Sequence record: SRR31156797_5029
Reading direction: 5' to 3' (one strand)
Length of the DNA: 64,000 bases
Shown: piece after piece, positions 9,152-19,370 of the stretch
Numbering within the stretch: the stretch's first letter is position 1
Layout of the letters: each line of letters opens with the position of its first letter
Notes under the pieces: model-generated
What the model saw: only the letters and a program-made list of their open reading frames with translations
Told to the model about the DNA's origin: nothing
The model's database searches: none
Position numbers and translations under genes: made by a program

Positions 9152-10024
9152 ATGAAGGATCAAAAAACGAAACAAAAAAGAATTGAAAAACTCAGGCGTA
9201 AGTATAAGCTTGTGTTGATGAATGCTGACTCGTATGAGGAAAAGTTATCCATCAGGCTAACACGGCTTGGGGTTATTTCCGTTTCTTTTTTGATTTTGTT
9301 GATTTTTATTCTGGTTACGATCTATTTGGTGGCATTTACCTCCCTGCGCGAATACATCCCCGGATATACCGATACCAGCTTGCCGGGCAGGATTTATGCA
9401 TTGCAGCGCAAAACGGATTCACTGGAAAAGGCGTTTTATCAAAAGGATTTGTACATCAACAACCTGAAAAGGGTGATAAGTGGTGATTCGATATTTGATG
9501 ATTCCAAACCTGTATCTTCAACATCCAATACCTATGATACAATTACGATGCGGGTTTCACACCTGGATTCTGCACTCAGGGCTGAGTATGAGTCTCAAAC
9601 GCAGTTTAGCCTTTCGCAGGGACGTCCAATAAACTATACACCGGAAAACCTCGGAAACATTAATTTTTTCCCACCATTAACCGGGATCATTACACGTTCT
9701 TTCGAGCCGGAGGCTGAGCATTACGGGGTTGATATCGTAACGGACAATAATGAAGCTATCATGGCTACTTTGGATGGGACGGTAATTCTGTCGGACTGGA
9801 CACTGGAGACCGGCTATGTTATTGGTTTGCAACACAGTAATAATTTGATTTCAGTATATAAACACAATTCCAGTTTGCTTAAACAGCAGGGCGCTTTTGT
9901 ACAGGCGGGTGAAACCATTTCCATTGTTGGAGAATCAGGAGAGCAAACCACAGGGCCTCACCTTCATTTTGAACTTTGGCACAATGGCATTCCTGTCAAC
10001 CCGGAGGAATTTATTTCATTTTAA
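9152..10024 (+). CDS. M23-family peptidase
   Basis: HYGVD and GPHLHFELW zinc motifs, N-terminal TM segment. Probable ATG at 9152. Confidence 0.9.
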   Translation: MKDQKTKQKRIEKLRRKYKLVLMNADSYEEKLSIRLTRLGVISVSFLILLIFILVTIYLVAFTSLREYIPGYTDTSLPGRIYALQRKTDSLEKAFYQKDLYINNLKRVISGDSIFDDSKPVSSTSNTYDTITMRVSHLDSALRAEYESQTQFSLSQGRPINYTPENLGNINFFPPLTGIITRSFEPEAEHYGVDIVTDNNEAIMATLDGTVILSDWTLETGYVIGLQHSNNLISVYKHNSSLLKQQGAFVQAGETISIVGESGEQTTGPHLHFELWHNGIPVNPEEFISF

Positions 10025-10071
10025 CCGGTTGCTAAGCTGAAATACATAAACCCACAAAAGGTCAGTACTTA

Positions 10072-11220
10072 ATGAAAAATATTGCAATACTCGGTTCAAC
10101 AGGTTCTATTGGATGCCAGGCGCTGGATGTGATCAGGCAGCACCCTGACCGGTTTAGGCCTATCGTGCTCACAGCTCACAACAACCATGAAAAGCTTATT
10201 ACGCAGGCCCTGGAATTTAAACCCGATTATGTGGTGATTGGTTGCAAAGGTTCTTTTGATGCTGTAAATGATGCCCTTGCCGGAACAAAAACCGAAGTTT
10301 TGGCAGGAAAACGAGCTGTGAATGAAATCGTGACCCTGGCTGAAATCGATATGGTTTTATTGGCCCTTGTGGGTTATGCCGGATTAAAACCTGTGATCAA
10401 TGCTATTTCTGCCGGAAAGGATGTGGCACTTGCCAATAAAGAATGCATGGTTGTTGCAGGCCGGTTGGTGAAGGAACTTCAGGAACGTCATGGTGTTCAA
10501 ATTATCCCCGTCGACTCTGAACATTCTGCAATTTTTCAGTGCTTAGCCGGGGAGTCGCTTCAAAAAATAGAAAAAATTTACCTGACTGCTTCCGGCGGCC
10601 CATTTTTTGGGATGACCCGAAAATTTCTGGAATCGGTTACAAAGGAGCAAGCACTGGATCATCCCAACTGGAGCATGGGGCCAAAAATCACAATCGATTC
10701 TGCAACCCTCATGAACAAGGGATTGGAAGTTATCGAAGCAAGGTGGCTTTTCCATTTAAAGCCTGAACAGATTGATGTTGTGGTACATCCGCAATCAGTG
10801 ATCCATTCCATTGTTCAGTTTATTGACGGCAGCATGAAAGCCCAGATGGGACTGCCCGATATGAAGTTGCCCATCCAGTATGCGCTGGCTTACCCGGAAC
10901 GGATTGGTTCAGATTTCCCAAGGCTCAATTTTCTCGACTATCCGGAATTGACCTTTATGCAACCTGATAGAAATAATTTTCGTAATCTTGCACTCGCTTA
11001 CAAAGCCATGGAGTCTGGAGGAAACCTCCCATGTATTATGAATGCTGCAAATGAGGTGGCTGTGGATGAGTTTTTGGCAGGGAATATCGGCTTTATGCAA
11101 ATTCCGGAAATTATTGAACAATCCATGAACTCGGTTGGTTTTATTGCCGTTCCTGATTATGAGGAGTTAGTTGAAACCAACAGAAAAACAAAAAATTACG
11201 TGAAAAGCACGTTATTATAA
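10072..11220 (+). CDS. dxr: 1-deoxy-D-xylulose-5-phosphate reductoisomerase
   Basis: ILGSTGSIG, LANKE, PVDSEHSA, TASGGPF, HPNWSMGPKITIDSATLMNKGLEVIEA. Confidence 0.98.
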   Translation: MKNIAILGSTGSIGCQALDVIRQHPDRFRPIVLTAHNNHEKLITQALEFKPDYVVIGCKGSFDAVNDALAGTKTEVLAGKRAVNEIVTLAEIDMVLLALVGYAGLKPVINAISAGKDVALANKECMVVAGRLVKELQERHGVQIIPVDSEHSAIFQCLAGESLQKIEKIYLTASGGPFFGMTRKFLESVTKEQALDHPNWSMGPKITIDSATLMNKGLEVIEARWLFHLKPEQIDVVVHPQSVIHSIVQFIDGSMKAQMGLPDMKLPIQYALAYPERIGSDFPRLNFLDYPELTFMQPDRNNFRNLALAYKAMESGGNLPCIMNAANEVAVDEFLAGNIGFMQIPEIIEQSMNSVGFIAVPDYEELVETNRKTKNYVKSTLL

Positions 11221-11246
11221 AATAAAAATTTGATAACAGATTATTG

Positions 11247-12596
11247 ATGGATATTTTAATTCAAGTATTGTCTTTTATTTTCAGCCTTTCGATTTTGGTG
11301 ATTGTGCACGAATTTGGTCATTTCATTGCAGCAAAGGCTTTTAAAACCAAAGTGGAGAAATTTTATCTCTTTTTTAATCCCGGATTTTCAATTTTTAAAT
11401 TCAGGTTGGGTGAAACCGAATACGGCATGGGATGGCTGCCATTGGGTGGTTATGTTAAAATTGCCGGAATGATTGATGAATCCATGGATAAGGAGCAGAT
11501 GAAAAAACCACCCGAACCTTGGGAATTTCGCTCAAAGCCCAGTTGGCAGCGATTAATCATCATGCTTGGCGGTGTGATCATGAATGTGATTCTGGCTGTG
11601 ATCATTTACATTGTATTGCTTTTTAATTACGGTGAAAAATACCTCCCAACCCAAAACCTTACTGATGGTATCTGGGTAACCGATTCATTACTCATGGATG
11701 TGGGCCTGCAAACCGGTGATAAAGTGCTTTCGATAAATGGCCAACAGCCACCAAAACGTTATAACGAGATTCTCATCGAGATGCTCTACTCTGATAAAAT
11801 GATGGTAGAGCGCGATGGTAAAACTGTACAAATAGATTTGCCTGAGGACCTTGCGGGAAAGCTTTCAAGCCAGCGGGGCTCACGTATCGAATTGCGGTTT
11901 CCTTTTATCGTTGGAGCCATTCCCGATTCCTCCCACAATGTAAATTCCGGGTTGAAGAAGGAAGATATGATCGTTGGAATTAATGGCAAACCCATTAAAT
12001 ATTTCGATCAGTTTTCCGAAATTGCCGATCAGTTGAAAGGGCAATCAATTGTAGTTGATTTGATACGCGATGGGCACGAACAACAGATCACCATGACAAT
12101 TAACGAGAATGGGAAGATTGGCGTAGTTCCGGTTTTTGTAATGCCTGATCAACTTGAGGAACTTGGCTTTTATAAGTTTGAAAAACAAAATTATACCCTT
12201 CTTCAGTCTATCCCCGCCGGGTTCACCATGGCCCGTGAGCAACTGGTAAATTACGTAAGACAGTTTCAGTTGCTCCTCAATCCTGATACGGGTGCCTACA
12301 AAGGTCTGGGCGGTTTCATCACCATTGGATCCTTTTTTCCGGCCAACTGGGACTGGTATCGAATCTGGCAACTCACCGCATTTCTTTCCATCATGTTGGC
12401 AATCCTGAATATTCTTCCAATCCCCGCATTGGATGGGGGCCATGTTATGTTCCTGTTGTACGAAATGATTACCCGCAGGAAACCCAGTGATAAATTCATG
12501 GAATATGCACAAATTGCAGGTATGGTGATTTTGCTTGGTTTGCTGATCGTGGCAAATGGTAACGATATTATCAGGCTCTACAACGAGCTTTGGTAA
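11247..12596 (+). CDS. rseP: RIP metalloprotease RseP
   Basis: HEFGH, PDZ domains, NILPIPALDGG. Follows dxr. Confidence 0.95.
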   Translation: MDILIQVLSFIFSLSILVIVHEFGHFIAAKAFKTKVEKFYLFFNPGFSIFKFRLGETEYGMGWLPLGGYVKIAGMIDESMDKEQMKKPPEPWEFRSKPSWQRLIIMLGGVIMNVILAVIIYIVLLFNYGEKYLPTQNLTDGIWVTDSLLMDVGLQTGDKVLSINGQQPPKRYNEILIEMLYSDKMMVERDGKTVQIDLPEDLAGKLSSQRGSRIELRFPFIVGAIPDSSHNVNSGLKKEDMIVGINGKPIKYFDQFSEIADQLKGQSIVVDLIRDGHEQQITMTINENGKIGVVPVFVMPDQLEELGFYKFEKQNYTLLQSIPAGFTMAREQLVNYVRQFQLLLNPDTGAYKGLGGFITIGSFFPANWDWYRIWQLTAFLSIMLAILNILPIPALDGGHVMFLLYEMITRRKPSDKFMEYAQIAGMVILLGLLIVANGNDIIRLYNELW

Positions 12597-12679
12597 TTAC
12601 CCGTTTGTATTTCCTTCTTACTTTCTGTCGCACTTTATTAAGGTTTTTATTATTCCATTATTTTTGTGAGTAGTGTGCT

Positions 12680-12687
12680 TAACTTTG
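12680..12687 (+). promoter_or_regulatory. Bacteroidota -7 promoter element for the PAS-LuxR gene
   Basis: TAACTTTG matches TAnnTTTG. Confidence 0.55.
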
Positions 12688-12733
12688 GCAAACGTAAAAT
12701 GCAATGTGCCAAATAATATGAAACCTTCTAAAG

Positions 12734-14317
12734 ATGAATTCCATACCCGACGGATACCTTGAAATTGTTGAACTTACTCCTGACACAGTTTTGATATCGG
12801 ATGAATACGATCAAATATTGTATGCCAATAAGAACGCGAGAAATTGGTTTGGAAATCAGGTTGTTGAAAAGAATATTCTGTCCATATTCGGGGAAAAAGT
12901 AAAATCCTGGCATTTAATAAAATCAAATCTGCTATCTGAAAATTCAGCATCCATCGATCTGGAATTGAAGCCATACAATATTTCGCGTTTAAACGTCCAT
13001 TCAAAAAGCATTTTGTTTGATGGTAAAAAATGTATCGTCACATTTATGCGTGATATCTCCAGCCAAAATTATCTCAAGCAGGAGCTTTTAACAGAGAAAA
13101 ACAGGAGGGACCTTATCCTTGATTCAATCCCTGCACTTGTTTTTGTTAAGGATGATGAAAACCGGCTTATTTCGATGAACAGGGCCTACAAGGAAGTTAC
13201 CGGCCTTACCATGGATCAGGTTGCTGGTAAGAATATGATCCAATTTACGGAAAATAAGGAGTTGGCCGAAAATTACTGGAAAGACGACCTTGAAGTAATC
13301 GAAACCGGATTGCCCAAACGTAACATTATTGAACCGCTGATCACTGATGAAAAAAAATGGTTTATCACCGATAAAATTCCATTCAGGGATGAACGCGGGA
13401 AAGTGGTTGGGGTGATCGGTTTTTCTGTCGACATCACAGAACGGAAAAATGCTGAAGATGCATTGATGCGAAGCGAAAAGAAGCTGAGGCTGATTTTCGA
13501 AGCATCACCCGATGGTATTGTGATGAGTGATTTTGATGGGAAGTTTTTAAGTACCAATGAAGCATTTCGGAATTTGCTTGGCTATAGTTACGAAGATGTC
13601 GCTACCATGAGTTTTGATGAAATTACACCTGAACATTACAAAAAACAGGAAATAAACTTTATTAATAGGGCCATTGAAGCCAATCTGGACTCCGAAAGGT
13701 TTGAAAAAGAATACATTGCGAAAAACAATCTGTTGATCCCTGTATCGGTTACATGCTGGATGCTCAAAGATGAAATTGGAACACCTTTACAAATGGTGGC
13801 AAATATCAAAGACCTTACGTATCAGAAAAAGGCCGAAGCACTCGAAAAATCATTGCTTCAGAAGGAGAATGAACAATTGGAAAAAGACCTCAAAACCAAA
13901 ACTCAGCAATTGAATTTTAGAATTACACAGCTTATCGAAAAAAATCAACTGGTAACCAACCTCATTAAGCGCCTTCAACATGTTAAAAATGAAAAATCAG
14001 ATGCAATTTATACGCGCATCGATGCTATCATTCATGAGTTACAGTACAGTTCACAGGAAGATTTTTGGTCGCAATTCGAAAAAACATTTGGGCAAATCAA
14101 TCAATCATTTTATGATAATTTATTCAAAGCCTACCCTAATCTTACTAATAACGAGCGCAAAATCAGTGCCTTCCTTAAAATGAACCTTTCCACAAAAGAT
14201 ATTGCCAACATAACCCACCAGAGTATCAGGAGTATTGAAATGGCTCGGGCCAGACTTCGTGCTAAGTTAAACCTGGATCGTAAGGACAATCTCTCAAAAT
14301 TTTTAAATCAGTTTTAG
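12734..14317 (+). CDS. Multi-PAS one-component regulator with C-terminal LuxR-type HTH
   Basis: About three PAS/PAC domains (ILDSIPALVFVKD, DITERK, IFEASPDGIV), a coiled coil, and YPNLTNNERKISAFLKMNLSTKDIA...RARLRAKL. Confidence 0.88.
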   Translation: MNSIPDGYLEIVELTPDTVLISDEYDQILYANKNARNWFGNQVVEKNILSIFGEKVKSWHLIKSNLLSENSASIDLELKPYNISRLNVHSKSILFDGKKCIVTFMRDISSQNYLKQELLTEKNRRDLILDSIPALVFVKDDENRLISMNRAYKEVTGLTMDQVAGKNMIQFTENKELAENYWKDDLEVIETGLPKRNIIEPLITDEKKWFITDKIPFRDERGKVVGVIGFSVDITERKNAEDALMRSEKKLRLIFEASPDGIVMSDFDGKFLSTNEAFRNLLGYSYEDVATMSFDEITPEHYKKQEINFINRAIEANLDSERFEKEYIAKNNLLIPVSVTCWMLKDEIGTPLQMVANIKDLTYQKKAEALEKSLLQKENEQLEKDLKTKTQQLNFRITQLIEKNQLVTNLIKRLQHVKNEKSDAIYTRIDAIIHELQYSSQEDFWSQFEKTFGQINQSFYDNLFKAYPNLTNNERKISAFLKMNLSTKDIANITHQSIRSIEMARARLRAKLNLDRKDNLSKFLNQF

Positions 14318-14479
14318 AAAAATGTGAAATTCTACTATTTACATTGCATTTGCTGCCATGCTGTAAATTGAGATGTAATTCATTTAAAATAAAAGCTTTA
14401 CTTGTTTATTTGCCATTTCATTACTTAAATCATAAAAATGCAATGTGCAATTTTTGTGAAAAAAAAATAAAGCTTTTTA

Positions 14480-14511
14480 TTTGGCTACACCGTAATATGG
14501 GCTTAAGTTTG
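14480..14511 (+). promoter_or_regulatory. Consensus Bacteroidota primary-sigma promoter (-33/-7)
   Basis: TTTG (14480-14483), 20-nt spacer, TAAGTTTG (14504-14511). Confidence 0.7.
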
Positions 14512-14516
14512 CAGGG

Positions 14517-14650
14517 ACTAAATCATGGTTGTTTTTTAATAATTGGTTTTAAGGGGTAGTTTGGGAGTCAACCTAAAGCAGGGGGATACAAATCACAAGA
14601 CTTTTACTCCAGATTTAGCATTTATCCCCCCGCTCCCAAACTTTTTTTTT
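14517..14650 (+). ncRNA. Candidate small RNA or terminating leader, about 130 nt
   Basis: Consensus promoter upstream. AGTTTGGGAG (14558-67) pairs with CTCCCAAACT (14633-42), GGGGGATA (14581-88) pairs with TATCCCCC (14623-30), followed by T9. Confidence 0.5.
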
Positions 14651-14717
14651 GTCCTGATTAAACATTCTTTCCAATTTTCCCTTTATTATTTTAGATTCTC
14701 TTATACCCCCGGCAAAA

Positions 14718-15386
14718 ATGAATTTATTAAAAAGCACGGTGCTGCTCCTTGTGTATGGCAGGTTCAGTCATACGTTTCATAAACATTATTTTAAAGATGG
14801 TAGCTTAACGAAATCCCGTCATAAGTATTTGCGACCCTGTTCGCGTAATGACGCACTTTCACACTACTGGAAATGCATGGCGGGGAAAGATGACCTGGCG
14901 ATACTCAAATCAAATGATGAACTGAAATTTGGTCACGTTAAATTTGGGATTTCATTTTATAAAATGCGTATAAGGAAGTCTGATTACAAGTGTTTTGATG
15001 TTGAAAAATATGCCGGCCATATCTGGAAGAGGATAGGCTACAGGGAAAAGATCCGTAATGAAGTAGCTAAGCGTATTTTCCACTTTTTGGATGGGGAATT
15101 TTTCTTTGGCGAACTACTTTATTCGGACATCAGAAAAATTGACCTGGAAAACATAGCCAATGCGCTTGTGAAAAAGTATACCGGTAAAAATTATCATTAT
15201 CATAATGGTGACATCAGAATTAATCTTGCAAACGGATTCATCTATTTTGAAAATTCCGGAATACACCTATCCATTAAATACATTTCAACAGCATCGGAGC
15301 AGGTTAATGAAAAACTTTCACACATCTTTACCATAAAAGGAGTAAATCTCAAACCTATTCCCAACGAAGCTTTTGATGTGTTGTAA
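14718..15386 (+). CDS. Hypothetical protein
   Basis: 222-aa ORF filling the gap. No family recognised. Confidence 0.6.
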   Translation: MNLLKSTVLLLVYGRFSHTFHKHYFKDGSLTKSRHKYLRPCSRNDALSHYWKCMAGKDDLAILKSNDELKFGHVKFGISFYKMRIRKSDYKCFDVEKYAGHIWKRIGYREKIRNEVAKRIFHFLDGEFFFGELLYSDIRKIDLENIANALVKKYTGKNYHYHNGDIRINLANGFIYFENSGIHLSIKYISTASEQVNEKLSHIFTIKGVNLKPIPNEAFDVL

Positions 15387-15698
15387 TCCAGCCTGGATAC
15401 CCGGTCATCTTTTTTTATTTAAAATTGCCAAATCTCTTCAAATTATCCGGGATTAGGATATTTCATTGATACGTCACAATTTATATTCCCTGGTTATTGA
15501 AACAACATGAAATAATTGTTGGCTTTTAGCATACCTTCCCCAACTTTTCTTTCTTCCGGCAATATCCTAAAACACTCAACGTTTGCTGATCATCAAGCCG
15601 GAAATCGTTAAAATTTCTTTTGTGGAAAAACTTGTTTCAAAGATCGCCTTAAAAGTGTTTATTTTGCACACTGATTTTTTAATGAATATTTAGGATTT

Positions 15699-16643
15699 AT
15701 GCTCAGGAAATTTACAATATTTCTTATCTTACTTGGAGCTTTGGCATTACATGGGCAGCAATTACCACAGTATACGCAGTACATGTTTACCAAGCTTGCC
15801 TTAAATCCTGGGTATGCGGGTGCCGGAAACGGTATTTGTGTTACCGGCCTGGTAAGGCAACAATGGGTAGGTTTTCAGGAAACGGATGTAGATGGGAATT
15901 CCACCAATGTAGCCCCCGAGACCTATTTAATTTCAGTACACTCACCTGTAAAAGTGCTGCGCGGTGGTTTGGGTGCAACAATCACCCAGGACCAGATTGG
16001 CCATTTCAATGATATTGCCTTAAATATCATGTATGCTTATCAAACTACTTTGGGGCTGGGTGACTTGGGTATTGGTGTTCAGCTAAGCCTTATGAATAAA
16101 TCCATTGATTACGGTAAATTTAATTTCCGCGATTCCGGTGATCCGATATTAGATGGGAAAGGTGAAGAAACAGATATGTATTTTGATGCAGGTCTTGGCT
16201 TGTATTACAGGGTACCTGACAACTATTATATTGGTTTATCTGTTTTGCAACTTTTGGAAGCCAAAAGGCCGGATGGAACACAGTTTAATCAACGCAGGCA
16301 AATTAACCTGATGGGTGGTTATGAATTTGGATTTCCATCACTGCCGGCTATAGACATACTTCCGTCTATCATGATAAAAACGGATGGTGCATCTGTTGAA
16401 TACGACCTTACAGGGCTTTTAAGATATAAAAACCAGTTTTGGGGTGGTATGTCATATCGTTACCAGGATGCTATTGCATTTATTGTTGGTTTCGACTATA
16501 AAAATTTCAATATCGGATATTCCTACGATTTTAATACCTCAGCTATCAGTACCACAGGTACACATGAAATACGCGCCAGCTACTGTTTCAAGATCGAGAT
16601 TGATAAAGTCAAAAAGATTTACAGAAATACACGTTTCCTATAA
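15699..16643 (+). CDS. porP: T9SS PorP/SprF-family outer membrane protein
   Basis: QQLPQYTQYMF...NPGYAG...RQQWVG, IGYSYD, GTHEI, C-terminal RFL. Directly upstream of gldK. Confidence 0.93.
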   Translation: MLRKFTIFLILLGALALHGQQLPQYTQYMFTKLALNPGYAGAGNGICVTGLVRQQWVGFQETDVDGNSTNVAPETYLISVHSPVKVLRGGLGATITQDQIGHFNDIALNIMYAYQTTLGLGDLGIGVQLSLMNKSIDYGKFNFRDSGDPILDGKGEETDMYFDAGLGLYYRVPDNYYIGLSVLQLLEAKRPDGTQFNQRRQINLMGGYEFGFPSLPAIDILPSIMIKTDGASVEYDLTGLLRYKNQFWGGMSYRYQDAIAFIVGFDYKNFNIGYSYDFNTSAISTTGTHEIRASYCFKIEIDKVKKIYRNTRFL

Positions 16644-16878
16644 TTTGTTGGCATGTACTTCGTTTTTAATTCGTTTTTAAATCAAAATCAGATAGCTAAG
16701 CAAATCAAATTATTGTGTGGCCACAAGGACCAATTTCAATCAAATGATTTTCTAAAAAGGATTGGTGAGGGTCTGAATGTGCCTCTGTACAAGCATTTAA
16801 TTAAATTTGAGTAAAAATTTTCTTTTATAATAAAGCATGGGCAAAGTCGTTACACTGTTTGTAAAATCAGCAGTTCAT

Positions 16879-18234
16879 ATGAGAAAAGTATTGTTTTTCC
16901 TTCTGGCCGCGGCCATTATCAGCAGTTGCAGTAATAGCGGGAACGGTGAATTGACGGGGGTACAGGACCGTCCTAAATTTTATCAACCCGATCCTTATGG
17001 AATGGCCTTTATTCCGCTCGGATCTTATGTAATGGGCGTTGGTGAAGAAGATGTTCCTTATTCTCAGATTACCAATCCTAAGCGGGTTACCGTAAGTTCA
17101 TTTTACATGGATGAAACGGAAATCACAAATAACGAATACCGGCAATTTGTTTACTGGGTCCGGGATTCGATGGTTCGGTCGCTCCTGGGTGAGATCAACC
17201 CGGAAGAGTATTTAATCGAAGAAAATCCGGAAACCGGCGAACTTTATGATCCCCCGTTCCTGAATTGGGAAACCGAAATTGACTGGGAGGATGAAGAAAC
17301 CGTTCAAACCCTTGAAGAAATGTACCTTCCGGAAAATGAACGGTATTTTCGTAAAAAAGAATTCGACAGCCGGAAATTCAAATACAGGTATTTCTGGATT
17401 GATTTGAAAAGCGCTGCCAAAAAAGACTATTCACAAGAAACCGATGCTTCAGACGGAGCATTTGCAAACCGGCCTCAGGGCATGAACGACAGATCAGTCT
17501 ATGTTCGTGAAGAGGTAATCAATGTTTACCCGGATACACTTTGCTGGATCCACGACTTTCCGTATAGCTATAACGAACCACTTACACAATCCTATTTTTG
17601 GCATCCCACATACGACCACTACCCTGTAGTTGGTGTAAACTGGAACCAGGCCAGGGCATTTTGTGTTTGGCGGTCGGCTTTGTTTAACAATTACCTGCAA
17701 AGCAATGGCCAGGCAGGACTGAATGATTTCAGACTGCCATCTGAAGCTGAATGGGAGTGGGCAGCACGTGGTGGTTATGAGGCCAATCCGTTCCCATGGG
17801 GCGGTCCATATAGCCGCAACGAAAAAGGATGTCTTTTGGCTAACTTCAAGCCAAATCGAGGTAATTATGTTGACGACGGAGGAGCAACCCCAATCATTGT
17901 TGGCCATTTTCAGGCAAACAGCTTTGGATTGTATGACATGTCGGGTAATGTTGCTGAATGGACCAGAAGTGCTTATGATAAAGCCTCAGGCGTGATAACC
18001 TGGGATCTCAATCCGGATTATGAATACAATGCCAACCCTGACGACCCAATCTCACTCAAAAGAAAAGTTGTTAAAGGCGGCTCCTGGAAAGATATTGAAT
18101 ATTATTTGCTTGTTTCAACCCGTGACTATGAATACCAGGACACTGCCAATTCCTATATCGGCTTCAGAACTGTAATGCCATACCTCGGCAGGTCAAAGGG
18201 TGATAATCCATCCAGAGCATCAAATGTGTATTAA
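16879..18234 (+). CDS. gldK: T9SS/gliding lipoprotein GldK/PorK
   Basis: Lipobox IISSC, FGE-sulfatase domain (MDETEITNNEYRQF, YPVVGVNW, RLPSEAEWE, IGFR). Probable ATG at 16879. Confidence 0.95.
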   Translation: MRKVLFFLLAAAIISSCSNSGNGELTGVQDRPKFYQPDPYGMAFIPLGSYVMGVGEEDVPYSQITNPKRVTVSSFYMDETEITNNEYRQFVYWVRDSMVRSLLGEINPEEYLIEENPETGELYDPPFLNWETEIDWEDEETVQTLEEMYLPENERYFRKKEFDSRKFKYRYFWIDLKSAAKKDYSQETDASDGAFANRPQGMNDRSVYVREEVINVYPDTLCWIHDFPYSYNEPLTQSYFWHPTYDHYPVVGVNWNQARAFCVWRSALFNNYLQSNGQAGLNDFRLPSEAEWEWAARGGYEANPFPWGGPYSRNEKGCLLANFKPNRGNYVDDGGATPIIVGHFQANSFGLYDMSGNVAEWTRSAYDKASGVITWDLNPDYEYNANPDDPISLKRKVVKGGSWKDIEYYLLVSTRDYEYQDTANSYIGFRTVMPYLGRSKGDNPSRASNVY

Positions 18235-18273
18235 AATATATTGCTGAATAAAATTTCCTGAAAAAAGAATTTA

Positions 18274-19341
18274 ATGAATTCAAAAGCAAACAACAAAAGG
18301 AATAACGGGTCCTCCGGGTTGGATAGGGCTCTCGAAAGTCGTTTCTTTAAACGCTTTATGTCGGTGGCCTACGGCCTGGGTGCCTCTATTGTAATTATTG
18401 GGGCATTGTTTAAGATTACCCACATCAAAGGTGCCAACGAGGCATTGTTTATTGGTATGGTAACTGAAGCCATCATTTTTGCTTTGTCGGCATTGCAAAA
18501 GCCACACGTTGAACCTGACTGGAGTAAAGTTCACCCGGAACTTCAGGATGATTATCATGGATTTACAGATGAGAGTGTTGATAAAAAAGCAGCAACAGGA
18601 GGCCAGACCAACCAATTGGATGAAATGCTTCAGAAAGCGGATATAAATCAGGAGATGATTGCAAGGCTTGGAACTGGTTTGAAAAACTTAAGCGAATCAA
18701 CCACAAAAATGAATGACATGGCCAAAACCACTGTGGCCAATGACGAATTTGTTGATAAATTGAAAGGTGCCTCAAAATCAGTTACTACATTATCAGAATC
18801 CTATAATAAAACATCAAAAGCTCTAGACCAGGAACTTACAGTTTCCGGTGAGTTTTCAACCAACGTAAAAGCTGCATCAACCGCAGCTGCAAATCTGAAG
18901 CAGGTTTATATTAAAACCTCGGATTCGCTGAAAGAGGATATCGAAGCTTCACAAGTGCTTTCGAAGAGCCTGACATCTGCATCAGATTCGGCCAAAAAAC
19001 TTGCCGACAGCTATTTCCGGTCTTCAGAAAGTATCATGAAAAATATTGAAGAGTTACGTGCTTCAACTACCAAAAATACGAATTTCAATAATCAACTGAA
19101 TAAGCTTTCAGATAATCTGTCATCCCTTAATACTTTGTACGAGCTGCAGCTAAAATCTTCACAACAGCAACAACAATCTACGGCTAAACTTCAGGAAGCC
19201 ATGGCAAAGCTGTTGTCCGACCTTGATAAATCATCAAGTCAAACTGCTACTTATCAAAAAGAAATGGAAAACCTGACCAGGAAGATGTCGTCACTCAATG
19301 GTATTTACGGCAACATGCTGTCAGCCATGAACGTAAAATAA
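18274..19341 (+). CDS. gldL: T9SS motor subunit GldL/PorL
   Basis: YGLGASIVIIGALFKITH, TEAIIF, PDWSKVHPEL, C-terminal YGNMLSAM. Confidence 0.96.
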   Translation: MNSKANNKRNNGSSGLDRALESRFFKRFMSVAYGLGASIVIIGALFKITHIKGANEALFIGMVTEAIIFALSALQKPHVEPDWSKVHPELQDDYHGFTDESVDKKAATGGQTNQLDEMLQKADINQEMIARLGTGLKNLSESTTKMNDMAKTTVANDEFVDKLKGASKSVTTLSESYNKTSKALDQELTVSGEFSTNVKAASTAAANLKQVYIKTSDSLKEDIEASQVLSKSLTSASDSAKKLADSYFRSSESIMKNIEELRASTTKNTNFNNQLNKLSDNLSSLNTLYELQLKSSQQQQQSTAKLQEAMAKLLSDLDKSSSQTATYQKEMENLTRKMSSLNGIYGNMLSAMNVK

Positions 19342-19370
19342 TGATGATAAACCCTGAAATATTCTCATAA

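Noticed and set aside
14344-14782. Short ORFs 14344-14559 and 14543-14782
   Set aside because: TTG starts, no recognisable motifs, and they overlap a promoter and a terminator-like hairpin.
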